Positions 10,688 to 13,755 of a DNA stretch of 13,755 nt are shown piece by piece. How positions within the stretch are numbered: position 1 is the stretch's first letter; each line of letters starts with the position of its first letter. Location of the stretch: assembly GCA_016748015.1 (NCBI GenBank), contig JAAOMT010000791.1:5466-19220 (forward strand), read 5' to 3'. The notes under the pieces are model-generated. The model had not been told where the DNA came from. It worked only from the letters and a program-made list of their open reading frames with translations, and did not search any database. A program made the translations under genes and the position numbers. The DNA comes from Geosiphon pyriformis uo1. Its lineage: Eukaryota; Fungi; Glomeromycota.

Positions 10688-10924
10688 GGATTCAAATTCT
10701 CTAGTTTAAAGATAAAGCTTTCAAAGGTTTCATCTAAGGATTGTAAGTTGACCACCTCCAAAATTGTTGGTAAGAAATTTTTGATCATGTATCGCGATCG
10801 AGTATGGCTTCCTCACACTGCGCTCAGGGCTAATCAAAAGGATGGGCTGGTGATATCCAATGACGCTGTAGTGGATGATGTCCATTTGAGCGTTAAGACA
10901 ACAAATAAAAGTATTTGGTTTTAA
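10688..10924 (+). pseudogene. Possible C-terminal relic of a non-LTR retrotransposon ORF2
   Basis: A 78-codon stop-free, GC-elevated frame: GFKFSSLKIKLSKVSSKDCKLTTSKIVGKKFLIMYRDRVWLPHTALRANQKDGLVISND... The GF...KIV...RDxxWL...KxGL pattern resembles, from memory, the tails of fungal LINE ORF2 proteins. Confidence 0.35.
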
Positions 10925-10962
10925 TTATGGTTCATATGGGATTAAGGCCCTCGGCTCACATA

Positions 10963-11286
10963 CAGGGGGGTATAAAAAGTATTGGACACTTTTATAATAT
11001 GTTATATAAAAGAACTAACTTATGAATCGTTAATTTTTTATTATTATATTAAAATACATGTTAGTATTTTGTTTGACCCCCATTTGCTTCAAAAACAGCT
11101 TGAACTCGACGTGGCATAGACTTGATCAAATTATGATAGTAATTTACAGGTATCGCATCCCATTCTTCCTTAACCCACCGTTCCAATTGTACAATATTTG
11201 AGGGTTGTGAATTACGTTGACGAATTTTAACTTCAATATATGACCAAAAATTTTCTATTGGAGTAATATCAGGACTTTGTGCTGGC
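10963..11286 (-). mobile_element. 3' end of a Tc1/IS630-mariner DNA transposon (TIR plus transposase C-terminus), cut off by a gap
   Basis: TA at 10961-10962 is followed by CAGGGGGGTATAAAAAGTATTGGACACTT, a Tc1-type terminal inverted repeat. The transposase C-terminus ends about 100 bp inside it. Confidence 0.9.
11061..11286 (-). CDS. Tc1-family DDE transposase, C-terminal 74 aa (partial)
   Basis: Translates as (W)PAQSPDITPIENFWSYIEVKIRQRNSQPSNIVQLERWVKEEWDAIPVNYYHNLIKSMPRRVQAVFEANGGQTKY*. It contains the WPxQSPDLNPIE-type motif with the catalytic E and the typical SMPRR...GGxTKY* end. The frame is intact, with TAA at 11061-11063. Confidence 0.92.
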
Positions 11287-11306
11287 NNNNNNNNNNNNNN
11301 NNNNNN

Positions 11307-11477
11307 AAAAGTTTTGTGAAAATTATTAATTCATTCAAAAAAAAGTTTTTAGTTTTAGTTAAGTTATAAAATTAATACTTGATTTTTGATGTAATAAAAA
11401 AAATATATTTGCAAAATAATTTTTCCATAGTTAAAAATCTTTTAACAATAAATTTCATGTTGTGAAAAAATATGATC
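11307..11477 (+). repeat. 171-bp block identical to 13585-13755
   Basis: AAAAGTTTTGTGAAAATTATT...AAATATGATC at a constant offset of 2278; begins exactly at a gap. Confidence 0.95.
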
Positions 11478-11987
11478 CAATGTTATGCTTGCTATCTGAA
11501 AAGTTCTTATTAAATTATTTTCAATTTATACAATTCAAATTTATAAAAAATTTTTTTTTAAAGTTTCATTTTAAAATTAGCTCTGTTTAGCTCTTGTAGA
11601 TTTCAATATAATTTCAGTTTTAATCAAAATAAAATAAGATATTTAAAGCACAGTAATTTCATAAGTTTTTAATTAAAAACGTGAAATTTTGATTTTTCTA
11701 TTTTTTTAACATCTTTTAAAGAAGATGAGTCATAAAAAATCACGAAATAACGTTTATAACTACCCAAATTGAGATGTTGAACAATTTTGATCCAAATATT
11801 TTGTTTTTTGAAAAAAATATTCATCAAAGAACAAATTCAATCAAAGTTTGCTGACCCAAATTTTATGAATCCTTGATGTATTTGAGTTTCATTAACTTTT
11901 GTTTCATATCAACTAGTTCCTTTTGTTATTATTTTAATTTTGTCCGTTTATTATTCCAAGTGAGGCTTGCAGAGATCAATTTATTCT

Positions 11988-12664
11988 ACAACTAGCACAA
12001 TCAGGTGAAAATCTTTTTATTTAAAAATTATGGGCTCATCTATTCATATTTCAGTACTTGTATATTAGTAGATCTTGGCAAATATTAATTATAAGGATTA
12101 ATATATCAAAATTTTGTCTTTAAATAAATTTTACTGATTGTTTCATTAGAGTCAAAATGTTTTATATTCTATAAAATAATACCAAATACTTAAACTTTAT
12201 ACTGAATTTTAAATCGTTATACCTCAAAAATACATCATATCAAGGCAAAGATTAACTTTTATAAGTGGATTTTATTTAATATATTCAAATTTCAAACAAT
12301 ATTTATCCTATTTAACAAAAGCTCTAAAAAGTTCATATAAAAACTTTGCCAAGTGAAAGACGCCCAAAACAGATAAAATTTAAAGTTTTACCGATTTTGG
12401 AGTCAATATTAAAGTCATATCGAAGTTTAGCATTTTTTCACAAAAATTTATTGATAAAATTCTTAAACGAGTTTCTAAATATAAAAATTTGAAATTTTTA
12501 TAATAGAATTTTGACCACTATAATATCTTTTTAATCAATAACTATTTTTTATTAAATAATAATTTAAAATAATTCTTTTATATAGATTGCAAACCATCCA
12601 ACAATACGTGCAATCTTTGCCTATTTTTTGAACATTTTACCATATTGCATTTGTTTATTATAAG
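11988..12664 (+). repeat. Copy B of the approximately 676-bp direct duplication (partner 7271-7946)
   Basis: Same alignment as copy A; ends exactly at a gap. Confidence 0.95.
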
Positions 12665-12763
12665 NNNNNNNNNNNNNNNNNNNNNNNNNNNNNNNNNNNN
12701 NNNNNNNNNNNNNNNNNNNNNNNNNNNNNNNNNNNNNNNNNNNNNNNNNNNNNNNNNNNNNNN

Positions 12764-13530
12764 TATAATAATACTTGGAACATTCTGGTAAACCTTTTTT
12801 AAACACAAAATAGCATTTTAAATTGTGATTTCATTACAAATTTCTACATTGTTAATTTGATGTACAAATAAAGCAAATATATTGGGTGAGTGATTAACTC
12901 CTTGATAAGTTTTTTCAACTTTGGAGAATCGTAATTTTTGATCTGTTCTTGTATTTTGATCAACGGAGATAGTTTCAATTGTATGCTTTTATTGCGAGGC
13001 ATTGGTAATTTCAAGTGGCTCCAAATCCTCGTTTTCTCTCTTAATCTTTTTGTGGAGCTGAAAATTTGATCCGAGATTACTTATCCATTCTCTTGGTTAT
13101 TGATGAAATATCTCTTAACTGAGAGTCTTGTCTAAAAAAATCTCTAATAAAATTAAAATTTTGATCACAATTGGGAAAAAGATACCCATTAGGTATGGTA
13201 ATAATAGATACCTTTTCATTTAAATTATATAAAACACATGGCCATACTGCAGAACTATGAATGCCCTAAGAAGATATGGAAAATTTTTATTATTATAAAC
13301 TTATGCTTTTAGAGATATCTTTAATCACAAGTAATCATCTCCAGAATCAACATGTGAAGAGAAATCTTCCTTAGGCACTTTGTGATAAAATATAATTTGA
13401 TGATTTCGGAATTACTTTTGAGTAAACATTTCTCATCACTTCTATCCTAATTCTTTATCAGGTTTTGATAAGATTTATCTGTAATCTTAGCTTCATGATA
13501 ATGCACAATAAATTCGAGATTTGCTCAAAA
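12764..13530 (-). pseudogene. Decayed coding relic, possibly an APE/EEP endonuclease domain of a non-LTR retrotransposon
   Basis: 13135 to 12764 is a 124-codon frame with only four TAA and no TAG/TGA. Upstream pieces joined by about three frameshifts give EEP-like motifs in the expected order: FIVHYHEAK (QET-like), SGD/LLVIKD, IPNGYLFPN (NVYxP-like), LGSNF (GDFN-like) and TRTDQKLRFSKVE (T...SRID-like). The motif matches are loose. Confidence 0.35.
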
Positions 13531-13584
13531 TATTTAAGTGATATTCGAAAATCATTGAGCTCTTGTTCTGGTTTTAAGATGGTT

Positions 13585-13755
13585 AAAAGTTTTGTGAAAA
13601 TTATTAATTCATTCAAAAAAAAGTTTTTAGTTTTAGTTAAGTTATAAAATTAATACTTGATTTTTGATGTAATAAAAAAAATATATTTGCAAAATAATTT
13701 TTCCATAGTTAAAAATCTTTTAACAATAAATTTCATGTTGTGAAAAAATATGATC
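13585..13755 (+). repeat. 171-bp block identical to 11307-11477 (runs to the window edge)
   Basis: Direct identity by eye. Confidence 0.95.

Noticed and set aside
11076-11082. Suspected frameshift near the Tc1 C-terminus
   Set aside because: Recounting gives five C, so the frame ANGGQTKY* is intact.
3509-12808. Long X-filled ORFs (3509-4522, 6873-7291, 10002-10599, 12578-12808)
   Set aside because: They are open only because they cross N-gaps.
13465-13647. 60-aa plus ORF
   Set aside because: Short, non-ATG start, no motifs, and partly antisense to the suspected relic.

Overview
Very AT-rich, gappy eukaryotic scaffold with 8 N-gaps (581-628, 1733-1782, 3629-4438, 5071-5090, 6916-7270, 10043-10583, 11287-11306, 12665-12763). 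The one clear host gene is a minus-strand, intronless Sel1-like repeat (SLR) protein running from 6846 to at least 5091. It has 11 near-identical 108-bp units plus degenerate flanking repeats and a single 1-bp frameshift. Its style resembles the SLR proteins expanded in Glomeromycota fungi (recollection, not a search result). The rest is transposon debris and duplicated blocks: a Tc1/IS630 3' end with TIR and TA site, an internally deleted Tc1 relic present in two copies, and possible non-LTR and LTR relics. Three duplicated blocks abut gaps or the window edge, which suggests uncollapsed alleles or mis-ordered contigs. Two signals stand out. (1) SLR variation is concentrated on one face of helix A in an otherwise homogenised array, like a reshufflable recognition code. 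(2) Several AT-rich relic frames are interrupted mostly by TAA/TAG at Gln-like positions, whereas the SLR gene and one Tc1 use the standard code.
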